Positions 25,623-39,583 of a stretch of 64,000 bases of DNA are shown here, in pieces. Both the position numbers and the translations under genes were made by a program. The notes under the pieces are model-generated. The model searched no databases. It worked only from the letters and a program-made list of their open reading frames with translations, and was not told the origin of the DNA. The stretch lies in contig CAUYUJ010000281.1 of assembly GCA_963575745.1 (NCBI GenBank), positions 434,001-498,000 on the forward strand. Reading direction: 5' to 3'. Each line of letters begins with the position of its first letter. Position 1 is the stretch's first letter. The DNA is from Prorocentrum cordatum. Its lineage: Eukaryota.

Positions 25623-27276
25623 CTAGGGCCACCGCCGCACGGACGGACGGACGGACGGCGGAGCAACATTTGTCTTGACTTCGCCCTAGCAAGCGGCGGG
25701 TGCATTCCTCTCGCGCGCCCACGCAGCTTCGCCTCGCCCGCACGCACGACACGAACGAAACGACACGATTTCCTGGTTGGGGGTCTCCGTTCCACTGCGA
25801 TCTCAACCCCCAACCTCCGATAACAAGAGGCTCACGCTTGTCGGGCTGTCTGCTGCGGGAACTTCACACGGGCGAGCCCACCCCTTGCGAGCGGCATCGG
25901 CCCAAATGGCGGCCTCAGTCGCCCTGGCCCGAATTGGGCGCCGAGATATTTCGTGTGCGAGCCGATCGGAATGTCCGCCCACGTCGGAATGTGACGCTCG
26001 AGGAGGCGCCGAATACGAGCATCTAACAGCACGTGTAGATGTGCGGCATGATGGTGTAGAGGGACCACTGCACAAAGACGCACGGGAGCACGAACGCGTG
26101 CAGGATGTAGGGGGCAACTCTGCAGCAATTGCGGGCAGGGGGCTTGAGATATGGAGCGCCCACCTTTGCGTGGGACTTGTGCGAGAAGGCTCGAACTGGC
26201 CGAGGAGCAATGGTATCCATGGGTCGACCCGAAAAAAAGGCATCTTGAGTCACAGTGGATGATGTACGAGGGGGGGAAGTGGAGAAGCACGAGGCGGAGA
26301 GGAACGAGGAGGAAGAGGAGAAGCATGGAGACGACGACGGCGACGACGACAACGACGATGATGATGACCAGAGGCTCTCTGAGGCCTCCGAAGTCTCAGG
26401 AAGTCCCCATGGTCGCCGGGCCCCCAAAAGCGCCCCCGAAGACCCAGCAAGAGCCACAGATGCGCAGAAAAGCCTCTGCCCTCGAGCCCCAGCCGCTCCC
26501 TCGACGAGAACGGCGACGAGAAACACGACAACGATGACGACGACGACGACGACGCGACGGCGACGGCGGCGACGGCGGCGGCGAAGCTAACGACGACGGC
26601 GGCGGAGGCGGCGACGACGACGATGGCGGCGGCAGCCGTGTGCGCCTCTCTGCACGCGCCCCTGCCACGGGACGGGTCCGTGCCGCGGCGCTGGAGCCTC
26701 CGCGCCTCTGTGCCGCGGGGTTTGTCGTCGTGGCCGTCGCGGCCGCCGCCGCCGCCGCCGCCGCCGTCGCCGTCGCCGCCGCCGCCGTCGCCGCCGCCGT
26801 CGTTCTCCTCCTCCTCTCCTCCTCCTCCCTCCCCTCCTCCTCCTCCTCCTCCTCCTCCGCCTCCTCCTCCTCTCCTCCTCCTCCTCCTCCTCCTCCTCCC
26901 CTCCCCTCCCTCCTCCCTCCTCCGCCCTCCTCCTCCTCCCTCCTCCTCCTCCTCCTCCTCCTCCTCCTCCTCCTCCTCCCTCCCTCCTCCTCCCTCCTCC
27001 CTCCTCCCTCCGTCCTCCTCCTCCTCCGAGTCGGCGCGCGTGGTGAGCCGGGAGGCCGGCGGGAGGGAGGCGGGCACGCAGCAGGTCGTGAGCCCCCCGC
27101 GGGCACGCGGCGGCCCGAGGGGGGCCTCCGCCCGCGGACCCCGGTGGGCGCGAGAGCGCGCGGCGCCGCCATCCCGCTGCGGGGCCCTGCTCGCACGCGT
27201 CGTGCATTCCCGGCGGCCACTTGCCCGAGGCGTGCTGCCTCGCGCGGCGCGCTGCCTGCTGTGGAGGAGGTGCTAC

Positions 27277-27451
27277 TCAAGGGGCCCCAGGACACAAACA
27301 TGAACACACACACACACAACAGTAACAGGATTCCCCATATGTTTCTAATATTTTCTGGGTTTTTACCTTCCCCCCCATTAACCATCTCTTCCCAGATGTT
27401 CGGGGGAATCGACGATTCATTGTGTCTGTGTGTGTTTTTTGTTCCTCCTGA
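27277..27451 (+). mobile_element. Family A, copy 3
   Basis: Same sequence as copies 1 and 2. Confidence 0.8.
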
Positions 27452-27774
27452 GCTATGCTGCACTGCTCTCAGCTGCTCAGGGTTGGTTTCCGCGCCAGGT
27501 GAATTCGGTCTGCTTCGTGGTCAGCATGATCGGCGGCGTGTGTTCGCAATACGTCAGCCGACAGTGCTAACGGCAATTCCTGCGAGCGCAGGCTCTCGCC
27601 GTATTCACCACGCCGCTAACTCTGGCACACTGGCTTCTGCGGTTTGGCCCCTTTGTGGCCGCCCATGCGTGCCCTTTTGCGCGGTCGCGGCCTACCGCGC
27701 GGCGACGAAGCGGAGCAAGTCGGGAAGTCGGAACGAGCGAGCGCGCGCGGCCGGGCCCTCAGACGAAGGACCAT

Positions 27775-27808
27775 GCACACACACGCACGCATGCACACAC
27801 GCACACAA

Positions 27809-27847
<39 letters not shown>

Positions 27848-28121
27848 AACACACAAGCGCGCACACGCGCACACACATGCACACTTTTAAATCAGCGGCG
27901 CAGAGGGTGCCCAGGTGCGGGCAGCAGATGGAAGTGGAACACACACACACACACGAACACACACGCACACACACGCACACACACACACACACACGCAAGC
28001 AAACACACACACACAATCACACACGCACACACACACACACACGCACACGCACACAATCACCCACACAGACACACACAAACACACAAACACACAAACACCC
28101 ACACGCGCGCGCACACACACA

Positions 28122-28212
<91 letters not shown>

Positions 28213-28228
28213 CAAAGCACACACAACA

Positions 28229-28267
<39 letters not shown>

Positions 28268-28268
28268 T

Positions 28269-28360
<92 letters not shown>

Positions 28361-28391
28361 CGGACGCACACACACACACACACCACACACA

Positions 28392-28425
<34 letters not shown>
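27775..28425. repeat. (CA)n / (GCAC)n microsatellite
   Basis: Directly visible. Confidence 0.95.
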
Positions 28426-28783
28426 GGGCGACGACAAGGCGTCGACGGCGACGGCGGGGCCGCCAGACCGCCACGCAGGCCCAGACGACGGGCGGCGACG
28501 AGGCAGCGAGGGGGCGGCGACGGCGACCACGGAGCCGCCAGACCGCCACGCAGGCCCAGATCCTTAGACGACACAAGAGAACCCCAAAGTGCAAGCGCCG
28601 CTTGGGGAAACAACGAACCTCCTCCTCCTTCTCGTCCTCCTCCTTGCCCATCTCTCCTCCCTACGTGCTAACTAGTAACTCCTCCCCGTCGCACATCGAG
28701 ACACGTCAGTCGGGGGGGGGGGGCTGGGAGCTTCGCCTGAGAAACCATCTGTGGCCATGAGGACGAGCGTTCCCCACCTTCGT

Positions 28784-29031
28784 TGGCCCCGGAAACGGCA
28801 GGGCCGTTTTGTTCACCGTTTCCCAAAAAATGCCCCTTGAAAATGGAAACGGCAACAAAAAAAAACGGCGACCGCACACGGCAAAAAACGGCTCCAGGAT
28901 TGGAGCCGGAACCGGAGAACCGGACAAAAAGCGGCGCCGGAACGGGTGAAAGAACGGCGTCGGAACCGGCCAACAAAAAACGGCAAAGCAGGACCGGCAA
29001 CAAAAGCGCGGCCCTGTCGTGCCCAGGGCCC
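28784..29031 (+). mobile_element. MITE family E, copy 1 (GGGCCC-type ends, PIF/Harbinger-like)
   Basis: Ends ggccccggaaacggcagggccg and cggccctgtcgtgcccagggccc are inverted; an inverted copy lies at 34352-34590. Confidence 0.8.
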
Positions 29032-29942
29032 GCTAAGCTCCCCACTGCTCCACGGGCGGAGGGCCGGTCGTCTCCCAGCGGCGGCTCTCTCTCGCACCGT
29101 GCGCCGTGCGCACTTGTCCGTCCGCGGAGGCTTTTGCAGGAGCTCCGCGGAGGGAGGGGCGGCGCCGCGCTCCGCGCAGGAGGCTCTCGCCGGAGCACTG
29201 CGCGCAGCCGCGGCACAGAAGCTGCACGAGCCTCGCGGGGGCGGCGCCTTCTCACTCGCCATCGCTCGGACGTCCATTCCCCGTGTTTTTTTTTCGGTTT
29301 CGTGCGTGGTTTTTTCGCCGCATGATCAAGGATGCTCCTCGATGGTTCTCGCCGAGAAAAAGTGCACACGTCCGAGCGATGCCGGGCTCAAGCTGTGGCT
29401 TTTCGCCCTGGCGCCGCGCGCGCGCGTCTTTTGCGGGGGCGCCCCGGATGGAGGGCGGCTCATGTTCAGTCTGTGGCTCTCGCCTTAGCGCTGCGCACAT
29501 TCGTCTTCTAAGCTTGCAGCGTGTCGCATATTCTTATGGTTGACGTCCCAAGAAAAGGTGTTTCCGTGCACTTCTGGACTGCCACAGCGCAACAAACACT
29601 GTGACTCGTCGTGTTCATGTCCCAGGACTGGTTCTTTGGAGCGAGTGAGATCGTCGTACCGCGACAGTAACGTTGATTCGCGGCGTTGAAGTCCCAAGAA
29701 TGGTATTCTGTCGCGGTCGAAGACTCTCATACGGTTATTGTCCAACGGGGCACGTTCCGCAGTGAACATGGACCTTTCTAGGGACCTATGGAAAGGAAAT
29801 TTGGAGGGAGGCTTGATTGCAACATCGTTGATGCTCCCTCCTCCTCCTCCTCCTTCTCCTCCTCCTCCTCCTCCTCCTTCCCTCCCTTCCCTCCCTGCCT
29901 CCTTACTTTCTCCCTCCCCCCCTCCATTCCTCCCCCCTCCCT

Positions 29943-30115
29943 CTGGGAAAACCAAAAGGTACCGATACCGCCACTCCCCGGACCTCTCCCGGGTTGCGTT
30001 CTGACCGGGATTGCGATGCGAATCCACCGGTGGCGACGAGAGCCTCCCAGGAGGCCTAAAACAGGGAAAACAAAGGAACGGTAGGGGTATGGGTGCCTTT
30101 TCCTCTTCGGACCCT
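29943..30115 (+). mobile_element. MITE family F, copy 1
   Basis: aaaaggtaccgatac and gtatgggtgcctttt are inverted; an inverted copy lies at 43795-43967. Confidence 0.7.
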
Positions 30116-30688
30116 CGTTCCCACGGAAGACCTCGCAGGACGGGCGCGGGCCGAGGCTTCCTAGGCTCCCCCCATCCCATCCCTCCCTCTATCCCTCGCT
30201 CCCTCCCCCCATCCCTCGTTCCCTCCCTCCCCTCGCTCCCTCCCCACATCCCCTCGCTCCCTCCCCCCGTCCCCTCGTTCCGTCCCGAGGCTTCCGAGGG
30301 CTTCCAAGGCCCCCCCTCCTGTGCTGCAGGGGGGAAAGGAGAAGGAGAAGGAGGAGGAGGAGGAGGAGGAGGAGGAGGAGGAAGAGGAGGAGGAGGAGGA
30401 GGGAGGAGGGGAGGAGGAGGAGGAGGGAGAGGAGGAGGAGGAGGAGGAGGCGGAGGAGGAGGAGGAGGAGAAGGAGGAGGAGGAGGAGGACCGAGCAGGA
30501 AACACGAGGGCGGCGGCGCCAGCTCCCCGGCCAGGTAGTCCGGCGCGCCAGGCAGGGCGGCCCATAGCTCCGGGCACCTGGGAGCCCCCGGGGCCACCCG
30601 GGTGAGGCGGCGCCCGCGGACGTCGACGACGACGGCGGGGGGGGGGGCAGGGAAGTCCTGGTCGAGGGGGTCGAGGGGGGGTCGAGTG

Positions 30689-30719
<31 letters not shown>

Positions 30720-30781
30720 TGTGTGTGTGTGTGTTTTTGTCATCTGTCCCATGAGGGCATGGCCGTGGTGCACGCGTGCTA

Positions 30782-30865
30782 TCAGTCGGGGCCGTCCGAG
30801 CCATCAACGACCGCCGTGATCAGCGGCTCCTGGACCTCCACATGGGCGAGGGGGGCTCGGACACC
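30782..30865 (-). CDS. Duplicate copy of the candidate terminal exon at 31603-31686
   Basis: Appears identical by eye, offset 821 bp. Confidence 0.4.
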   Translation of the reverse strand, partial: GVRAPLAHVEVQEPLITAVVDGSDGPD

Positions 30866-31443
30866 CTGCAAAACAACGGCACCCCGGGGCACTGCGGAGG
30901 GCGCTGACGCCGCCGACGTGGCGGCAGCCGAGGGCGTGGAGAAGGGAAGCCTCGCAGCGCGACAGCTGCGACACCCGCTGACACCGCTGGCAGCCCGTCG
31001 CCCGCTCGGCGGCCGTGGGCGGGCCCCCTCTCATCCCCAGTCGGGGGGGGCCCCCCCTCGTGCCACAGTGGGGGGAGGAGGCGTCGGAGGAGGAGGAGGA
31101 GGAAGGTGGGAAGGGGGAGGAGGAGAGGCCGGGCGGGTTAGGCCGCGGCGTTCCCTCTCCCATGCTCGCCGGGCTCCGACCGTAGCACGGTTCGGCCCCC
31201 ACCAGCCGGAGGCGGGGGTCCGGGGCAAACCCGCAACCTGGGAGCCCCCGGGCCACCCGGGGAAGGCGGGCGGCCCCGCGGGGGGGACGTCGACGACGAC
31301 GGCGGGGGTCCGCGCCTGGGAAGTCCTGTCGAGGGCGAGGGGGTCGAGGGGTCGAGTGTGTGTGTGGGTGTGTGTGGGTGTGTGTGTGGGTGTGTGTTTG
31401 TGGGTGTGTGTGTGTGTGTGTGTCTGTGTGTGTGTCTGTGTGT

Positions 31444-31558
<115 letters not shown>

Positions 31559-31602
31559 TGTCATCTGTCCCATGAGGGCATGGCCGTGGTGCACGCGTGC
31601 TA

Positions 31603-32120
31603 TCAGTCGGGGCCGTCCGAGCCATCAACGACCGCCGTGATCAGCGGCTCCTGGACCTCCACATGGGCGAGGGGGGCTCGGACACCCTGCAAAACAACGG
31701 CACCCCGGGGCACTGCGGAGGGCGCTGACGCCGCCGACGTGGCGGCAGCCGAGGGCGTGGAGAAGGGAAGCCTCGCAGCGCGACAGCTGCGACACCCGCT
31801 GGCAGCCCGTCGGCCCGCTCGGCCGTGGCGGGCCCCGCACTCCCGTCGCGGGGGGGGCCCCCTCGTGCCACAGCGAGGGGGAGGAGGAGGCGGAGGAGGA
31901 GGAGGAGAAGGAGGAGGAGGAGGAGGAGGAGGAGGAGGAGGCCGCGGCGGGTTAGGCCGCGGCGTTCCCTCCCCATCGCCGGGCTCGACCGTAGCACGGG
32001 TCGCCCCCCCCGGGAGAGGTCGGCACCGCCCTTGGCCTCACGGGCCTGGACGCGTGCCAGAAGCGCCGGCAAACCTGGCGTGGGGATGCTGGAGCTTGCC
32101 ACGGCGGTGTCAGCGACCTC
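31603..32120 (-). CDS. Last two candidate exons of an unidentified gene: 32046-32120 (EVADTAVASSSIPTPGLPALLARVQ) and 31603-31686 (GVRAPLAHVEVQEPLITAVVDGSDGPD*)
   Basis: CAG|G acceptors (the second is gttgttttgcAG|G), a CAG|GC donor, an in-frame phase-0 junction and a TGA stop. Confidence 0.5.
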
Positions 32121-33644
32121 CTGCCGAGGCACAACTCAAGAAGGGGGGAGGGGGGGGGGGTCTGGCTCCAGACCTCTGCTGAGCGCGACTGTTCTTCACC
32201 TGCTCGAAACAGGCGCCAAGAACAGCCAAGATCTACTCCGGGGGGGAAGAGAGGGGGGCGAGAGCCCGTGCCGATCAGCAAACCAATGAATAAGAAATCG
32301 ATCACTACTATGTTTCACCGTCTTCGCTTCCCTTGGAAGGGAACCAGGTCCAGATCAAGATCACACTTTCCCCCCTCCCTGCGAACCGAGGTCGGATCGG
32401 TTCCGGACGTCTTTCGAATCCCTGGACTGCCCACGCCGCTTCGGTGAACCACTTGTCTTCCGCGCTCCTGTGAAGCCTTTGTTCTGCCGCTCTCACGACG
32501 TCTCGCGAGACGGGGCCCGCCGCCCCCGAGGTCCGTGGGTCGTGGGGGAAGGGGCCAGGGCAGGCCTGGCCTCGGCCCGTCCCGAGTGAGAGGCCATCGG
32601 CGGTGTTGGAGCGGCAGGGGATGGCTCGGGGCAGGGGAAGAGGAGGGGGAGGAAGAGGGGGAGGAGGAGGAGGAGGAGGAGGAGGAGGAGGAGGAGAGGA
32701 GGAGGAGGGAGGAGGAGGGAGGAGGAGGAGGAGGAATGGAGGAGGAAGGGAGAGGGGAGGAGGAGGAGGAAGGAAGAGAGAGATGAGAGGGGAGGAGGAG
32801 GAGGGAGGAGGAGGAGGAGGAGGAGAGGAGGAGGAGGAGGAGGAGTGGGCTGCATGAGGAAGAGAAAAAAGGAAAAGGGAGGAGGAGGAGGATGAGTGCT
32901 CCATGAGGAGGAGGAAGGAGGAGGAGGAGGAGGAGGAGGAGGAGGAGGAGGTGGAGGAGGAGGACGAGGAGGAGGAGGAGGAGGAGGAATCCTGCACGAG
33001 GGCTCCGAGGGCTTCCTAGGCCCCCCCTCATGTGCTGCAGGGCGGGAAGGAGGAGGAGGAGGAGGAGGAGGAGGAGAAGGAGGAGGAGGAGGAGGAGGAC
33101 GACGAGGAGGCGGAGGAGTAGGAGGTGGTGGTGGAGGAGGAGGAGGAAAGAGGAGGAGGAGGAAGGAGGAGGAGGAAGGGGAAGGAGGAGGTCCGTGGGC
33201 CCTGGGTGTGCGTGCTCTCGGCCAACCCGGAACAATGCCGACCCCATGATTACACACACCATCCCTATTAAAACATACAAGACACCGTCTGCCTTCTCAG
33301 TTGGAGCATGCGCGGCCGCCCCGCGACCACATTGTTTTTGCAGTTTGCAGGGGCGGCCGGGATGCCGGCAGATCCAACCTGCCGTCTGGGCGCAGGTGGT
33401 CGACGGACTGATTTGTCGGCCTCTCGCCTTTTCGGTTCCGATAAGCTTTCGAAGCGTCAACATGGCTCCAAGATTGGCCTGGAAAACTCCATGCAGGGAC
33501 CAAGAGGCTTCCAAACCGCCCCCAAGAACGCCCCACGCGCGCGTCGGCCAGCAGCCACAAGCATGCGCTGGGGCGTGCGCAATTGCTGGCGCAGCAGCAA
33601 ATGCGTCGCACGCAGGTGGAGCCCCTATTGGTTCCCAGTGACTG

Positions 33645-33730
33645 GCGCACCTGGCGCAGCTGGAGCACGTGGAACACTGGGCGCACGTGGAGCACGTGCC
33701 GCACCTGGCGCGCCTGGCATGCTTGGGCAT
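33645..33730. repeat. 9-bp minisatellite (gcacgtgga / gcacctggc variants)
   Basis: Directly visible. Confidence 0.65.
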
Positions 33731-34031
33731 CCATGGTTTCTGGTGCATCTGGAAACCGTTGCTTCTGCGTTGTTTTAACGCGATATGCTGGCACCCTGAT
33801 GTTACTTCTGTGTCGGGAGGGCGGAATGGAGTGAGCAAGACGGCTTGCGGGCGGGTGGGTAGCCCGACACCTACACGTCCTTCATTTCTGATCGTGTTCC
33901 TTTCTACTTGTGCTCGTTTCTGACTGTTCCTGGCCCCCTGGTGGCCAGGAAGAGGCCCAGGATAGCACAATCAGAAATGACAGGATCCTGCCCCCCTAAA
34001 AATCAAAGAACTTTCGAAGAATTAGAAATGT

Positions 34032-34200
34032 CAGCGGTGGATAAACCTCCCTTTCGTAGACCTCCCCTTAGTGAAAACGGCCTGGGACCGAAACCGACGG
34101 ACCTGGACCCGCAAAAATGACGGCCGCGACGCCCTCTCGCGAACCGAAAACGGCCAATTCCCTAATCGACGTGTTAGGGTAGGAGGTCTATCCACCTCCG
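34032..34200. mobile_element. MITE-like element with ggtggata(a/g)acctcc inverted ends
   Basis: gcggtggataaacctccc versus reverse-complemented ggaggtctatccacctcc. Confidence 0.55.
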
Positions 34201-34351
34201 AAAAGGAACCATGTGTGCCCCTGCCCCCCCCGCCTGGGTCCAGGACGGGGGGGGGGAGAGACGAGCCGGCAGAGCGCCCCAAGATGGCCCACGATGTCTC
34301 CAAGCGGGCCCCGTGGCAGCCCAAGACGCCCTCGAAGATGGCTCGAGTCGA

Positions 34352-34590
34352 GGGCCCTGGAAACGACAAGGCCGTGTTTTTACCGGTTCCGTTCTGCCGT
34401 TATTTTGCTGGTTCCGACGCCGTTTTTTTACCCGTTCCGTCGCCGGTTTTTGACCGGTTGCGGCTCCGGTTCCAATCCTGGAGCCGTTTTTGTTGCCGTT
34501 TCCGGTCGCCGTTTTTGTTGCCGTGTCCATTTTCAAGGGACATGTTTTTCGAAACGGTAAAAAAAAACGGCCCTGCCGTTTCCAGGGCCC
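34352..34590 (-). mobile_element. MITE family E, copy 2
   Basis: gggccctggaaacgacaaggccgt ... acggccctgccgtttccagggccc, a 24-bp TIR with 2 mismatches. Confidence 0.85.
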
Positions 34591-34927
34591 ACAAAGGGCT
34601 CGAGATACCTCAGCATCGTTCACGGGAGCCTCCAGCATGCCTCCGAGAAAGCCAGAAGGCAGCCCTAACACGGTTCCAAGTGCCCTTCGAGCCTCCCACG
34701 GCACTCCCGACAAGCCAACATCCGTCAACAACCGGTGGAAAATCAATGCTTTGGGGCGTTCCGGTTTTCGTTTCCAATGAGCCTCTGGGGCTTCAAGATA
34801 GCTCCCAAACGGCCCAAGAGAGCCCCACGAGGGGCCCAAGACGACCCCAACACGGCCCCAAGAGCGCCCAAGAAGTGTCCAAGAGCTGCCCCAGAGGCCC
34901 CCAAAAGGCCATCTTGGAGCTTCCGAC

Positions 34928-35125
34928 CCAGAGATCCGACGTCGCGATTTTTTCAATGCGGGGTCCCCAGAAGTCTCGACCCATTCACCGGGACCGGTTT
35001 TTCATCCTAAGTCGTTTTTTTGACGGTCCTGGGGCCCGGCGAGGGCCCCTAGGGGCCGAAATTTGCGAAATACCTCCGTCCAGATTTTATTCAGTACGTT
35101 GGGGGTCTGGGGAGGGCGGAGCCTA
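34928..35125 (+). mobile_element. Family D copy
   Basis: gagatccgacgtcgcgattttttcaatgcggggtccccagaagtctcgacccattc... shared with five other copies. Confidence 0.8.
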
Positions 35126-35129
35126 AAAT

Positions 35130-35286
35130 TAAGTCGGGTACGCCCCCCTGTAGGGGGATTTTGGGCGAAGAATTAAAAATACCCAAAAAGTACTCCAAGA
35201 ATGCCAAAAGATAGTCACAAATGGTCCCCCGATTATTGCCTGACTATTTTTGAATATTCCCCCTGTAGAGGGACAGGCCCGACTTA
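35130..35286. mobile_element. MITE family C, copy 3 (TA flanks)
   Basis: taagtcgggtacgcccccctgtaggggg ... ccccctgtagagggacaggcccgactta. Confidence 0.8.
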
Positions 35287-37429
35287 CGTAAGCCTAAACT
35301 GATTCCCCACCCCCTTCTTTGAGTGGTCTCCTCCAGTTTGGCCCCACGAGACCCCAAAGGGGCGCCCAGAACCACCAGGGAGGCGCCCAGCACTGCCAGG
35401 GAGGCCCTCGAGAGGCCCAGGAGGAGACCGAAGATGCGCCAATAGGCCCCCTCCGAGGCACCGAAGACTCCCCAAGAGGTCTCAAGGACCACAAAGACAT
35501 CTCCTCCTCCTCCTCCTCCTCCTCCTCCTCCTCCTCCTCCTCCTCCTCCTCTTCAGGGCACTTAGACCTATCTTTTGCTAAAGCCGTTCGAAGAAGCATC
35601 GGCAGCGAATGACACACATCCAGGGCCGCATGATACCTCCTCCCCCTCCTCCTCCCCCTCCTCCTCCTCCTCCTCCTCCTCCTCCTCCTCCTCCCTATCC
35701 GGTGCAATCTGATGTGTTTCCTAAGTCCTTTCGGGCGAAAAGCTTTGGCAGCATGGTGGTGCATGAGCCCCTCCCCGATGACATGACCGTGGCAGGTCAC
35801 AACTTGTCGAAAAGGACCCCAGGAAGACCCCCGTAGAACCAAACTGGCACCAGGTCGACCTGTTCAACCCACCTTTTGACGACTTATACAGCACGTGTTC
35901 CCGTCCTCCCCGCACCCCCGAAAGGCATCCTAGGCGGCTGTTGCACTGTATTTTCCTACGCTGCCCATCAAGGTAACTCACCTGGCGATCGTGTCTGGAT
36001 GGGCTAGTGGGAATACTTTTTTGTCAGCGGCCGCGGGCGAGCGCGCCAGCGGCGAGTCAGGTCCAAGCGGGCTACGCAGAGACGAATTAGGCAGAGGCGA
36101 CGCGCAAGGCAACAGCTCCGCGGCAAGCCGAGGCCTCACGCAGCGGCCCAGCGGCAGGTGGATGGCTGGAGGAAGTGGCTAGTGGGAATCCACGAAGCGT
36201 CGAGAAGCGTGAAGTGGGGGAGGGGGAGACGGGGGGGGAAGGGGGGCCTGCGGAGCGCCAGCGCACCAGGGCGCACACGGGCCAGGCACTTCCGACAAGT
36301 GCCGACACACATGGGCCGCGTGGCCGGCTCCAGGAACCCTACAGGGCAATTTTTAATACATGGGATTTTGAAGCATATAGGTTTTATTTTACATGATTAC
36401 TTTAGAAATAAATGTATGCATGAGCTCATCGTTGTTTTTAAGACTAAATCCCTGCATGTGTAAAACATGATCCGCACGCGGAGCATGTATTAAAAACGGC
36501 ACTGCAGGTGTGCCGACGCCGAACTTCCTTGAGGGGTCGACTGCCACTTCGGCCAGCTTCCGCCCAGCTGCCGCTAGCGGAGCCAGCCTCGCGTTGCTGC
36601 TGCCAGTTTCCGCGGACCCTGTGCCAGCTGCCGCCTTCCACAGCATGCCAAGCTCTCGACCCCTCGACGGCGAGGTGATAATGGAACGCCCTGCGTGTAT
36701 CCAGCTCTCGCCTATACCCGTTACGCACCTCTGGACTCTGACTGCCCAGGTCCCCAGAGGCAATCGATCGCGCCTCGTCGAAAGGCGCTCAACCTTGAAC
36801 GCCCGCGCTGGCCCCGGCCGCGCCGGCCGCGTCTTGGCGTCACGAATCTGGCGGAAGTGAACCACGCCAATGCCGCCAGGTTGGACAACTTCCGACAGCC
36901 GACCGATGTGAAGGCGACTTGTCGACGTCAGCATCTCCCTCCTCATCTCACCCCAGGAGGCTCGGAGGAGGACTGGGAGGGAGGGGGGGGAACGGGGATC
37001 CGTCCACTCCGGTTCTCCTTCCTCCACCCCCTCCTTCCTCTCCCCCCTCATCCTGCTCCTCCCCCTCCTTCCTCCTCCCTCTCCTCTCCCACGCACCCCG
37101 CAACCCGCCCCCTCCTTTCTTCACCTTCTCTGACCCTCCCCCCTCTTCCTCATTGTCCTGCTCCTCTCCACCCCCCTCCCAAAAATTCACTGCCTGTACA
37201 ATCGCTCAATACGAATACTTTCCTCTCTCCCCTGGAATTGTCCAGACGATCTCCCGCCCCATCCGCGTCCTGTTATTTTTCCACATAGGATTGTGCCGAA
37301 CTGTTTCTCGATGGTCTTTGACAGTGTGATCTCTCGTGTTCCGAGAAGTGTGCTCTCGCTTTGGCGGGGGCCTCATGTTCGGATCGGCGATGTGCTCCCG
37401 TCGCTCAGAATGGCGCTCTCGCCCCAGCG

Positions 37430-37810
37430 TGGGCCACCTCCCTGGATCCCACAGGTCTAGCAGGTCCCACAATTCTCGCAGGTCTCGCACATCCCACACG
37501 TCGCACAAGACCCACAGGCGTCGCACGTCGCCCCGCAAGTCCAGCAGGTAACACAGTTCTGACAGCTTCCACAGGTCCCACAACTGTCGCAGGTCACACT
37601 GGTCCCACAGGTCTGACGGGCCCCGCGCGCCCCACACAGGTGTCACATGTCTCACAGGTCCCACAGAGGTTCTCCGGGTTCACACGTCACACTGGCTCCG
37701 CCCGCTACACAGGTGCAACAGGTCGGGCAGGCCCCACAAGCCCCACAAGGACCACATGCCCCACAGGCCTCACAGGTCCCACAGGTCCCAGACGTTTCGC
37801 AGGTGTCGAG
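37430..37810. repeat. Degenerate 9-bp minisatellite (cacaggtcc)n
   Basis: Many cacaggtcc / cgcaggtct variants in tandem. Confidence 0.8.
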
Positions 37811-37837
37811 CGCACCTGGCTTGCCTTTCCCCCCCTA

Positions 37838-38012
37838 CAGTCGGGGTGTTGACCGAAGGAACCCTAAATAAGGAACGAGGCCCCTTTTCTCCATAAGTCG
37901 AATTTCGATTTGCCATCGACAACCTAAGGACAACCAAAGGCAAACTGCACAACAATTAAGGAACACTGAGCCCCTCCCCAAGAAAAGAGTTCCTTCTTCA
38001 GCGCCCCGACTG
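37838..38012 (+). mobile_element. MITE family B, copy 3
   Basis: TA|cagtcggggtgttga ... ttcagcgccccgactg|TA. Confidence 0.9.
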
Positions 38013-39420
38013 TAGCCTCCTCACCCTGACTCCCCCTCCGCTGTCGGCCGCACACCGCGCGCGAGGAGGCGCCTGCCGGAGGCCCGCAGGGCGGCGCCGA
38101 CGGCAGCCCTCTCGCCCCCCTCCTTCAGGGTCTCCGCGATGGCCGGGACCTTTCTCTCGTCGGCGGCGCCGGCGTCGTCAGCGCCGTCGTCGTCGCCGCC
38201 GCCGTCGTTGTCGTCGATGTCGCCGCCGCCGCGTCGCCCTCTTTGTCGTCTTGGCTGTCGTCGGCGTAACCGGCTCCATCAGCGTCGTCGCCATTGTCGT
38301 CGCCTGGCCCTCCCCGTAAGAGCAGGAGGAGGACTTGAGGGACAGAGGGAAAGTGGGTCGTGGAGGAGGAGGAGGAAAGATGAGGAAAATCATGGATCGA
38401 AGTTGCGGAGAGTGTCGTGGTTCCGAATGCTCCGAATATCTTCCGTTGCGTCTTACCAAGGTTTAAGATTTCACAGATGATGTTAGGACGCCGGGAAGAG
38501 GACGGACGGAGGAGGACGAGGAAGAGGAGGGAGATGGAAAAGTGGAGAATGGCGGCGCAGGTTCTAGGATCTGTGCAGTTGCATCGCGCTTGGACGATGG
38601 GGTTCTCGAGAGGCGCTGGATGCGCTGAGGATGTTAGAAGGCTCTGGGGGGCTCGGAGAGGGTCGAAGGAGAGGGAAGATACTGAAAAGGAGCAGCAACA
38701 CTATTAGCAGAAAAAATGACGAGAGAAGGGGGAGGATAAGCTGAACAAGCTGGAAAAGGGACGCTGCCCCGCTTCGCCCAGGAGCCGATGGACGGCCCGC
38801 GAACTCAGACGCCAAAGAATGCACTCGCCGCCCCGTCAGCTCGTCACCACCCCAGGGGGCCCTCGGCACTCGCACCCACTTCGGTACGAATTAACAGCAA
38901 CAACAAATCCTCTCCACTCCTCCTCCTCCTCCTCTTCCTTCACCTCCTCCTCCTCCTCCCTTTCCTCCTCCTCCTCCTCCCCTCCTCCTCCTCCTCCTCC
39001 CTCCTGCCTCCCCTCCTGCCCCTTTTCCGCCTCCTCCTCCCTTTCTCATCCACACCCCCCCCCCTCTTCTCTCTTCCTCCCTCCTCGTCCTCCTCCTCCG
39101 ACTTTCTCTCCTCCTCCCTCCCTAGTTCCCTCCCCCTCCTTCCTACTCCAAAGCCTCCTCCTCCCTCCTCCTACCCCTCCTCCCACCTCCTCCTCCTCCT
39201 CCTCCTCCTCCTCCTCCTCCTCCTCCTCCTCCTCCTCCCCTTGCTCCCCCTCCTCTTGCTCCTCCTCTGCACCCTCCTCATCCTGCTCCTCCCTCCACCT
39301 CGTTTTCATCTTCGTCGTCTTCAGTGTCGGCGGCACCGGCCGCAAGGCCTTCGCAATCAGCCCAGATCCTGGATCTCACAATGTCCCCAAGAATCATGGA
39401 CGCAGCAATGCTGCCTACTT

Positions 39421-39583
39421 TGAAAGGGCCCAGAGACACGCAAATAAATACACACAAATCCAATGGATCCCCCATATTTCAACATATTTTATGGGTTTGT
39501 GTCTTCCCCCCACTTCCCATATTTGCCCACATTTTCCTGGGAATCGACGATTAATTGGGTCTGTGTGCTTTCTTCCCTGCTGA
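39421..39583 (+). mobile_element. Family A, copy 4
   Basis: Same sequence as the other copies. Confidence 0.85.

Noticed and set aside
29380..29400. Additional spliced-leader relics (GCTCAAG here and at ~4313, 10769, 40582, 55801)
   Set aside because: The match is only 7-8 nt, lacks CCATTTTG, and is expected by chance.
37361..37852. Collagen-like TGPTG protein
   Set aside because: It is the translation of a degenerate 9-bp minisatellite with no other coding support.
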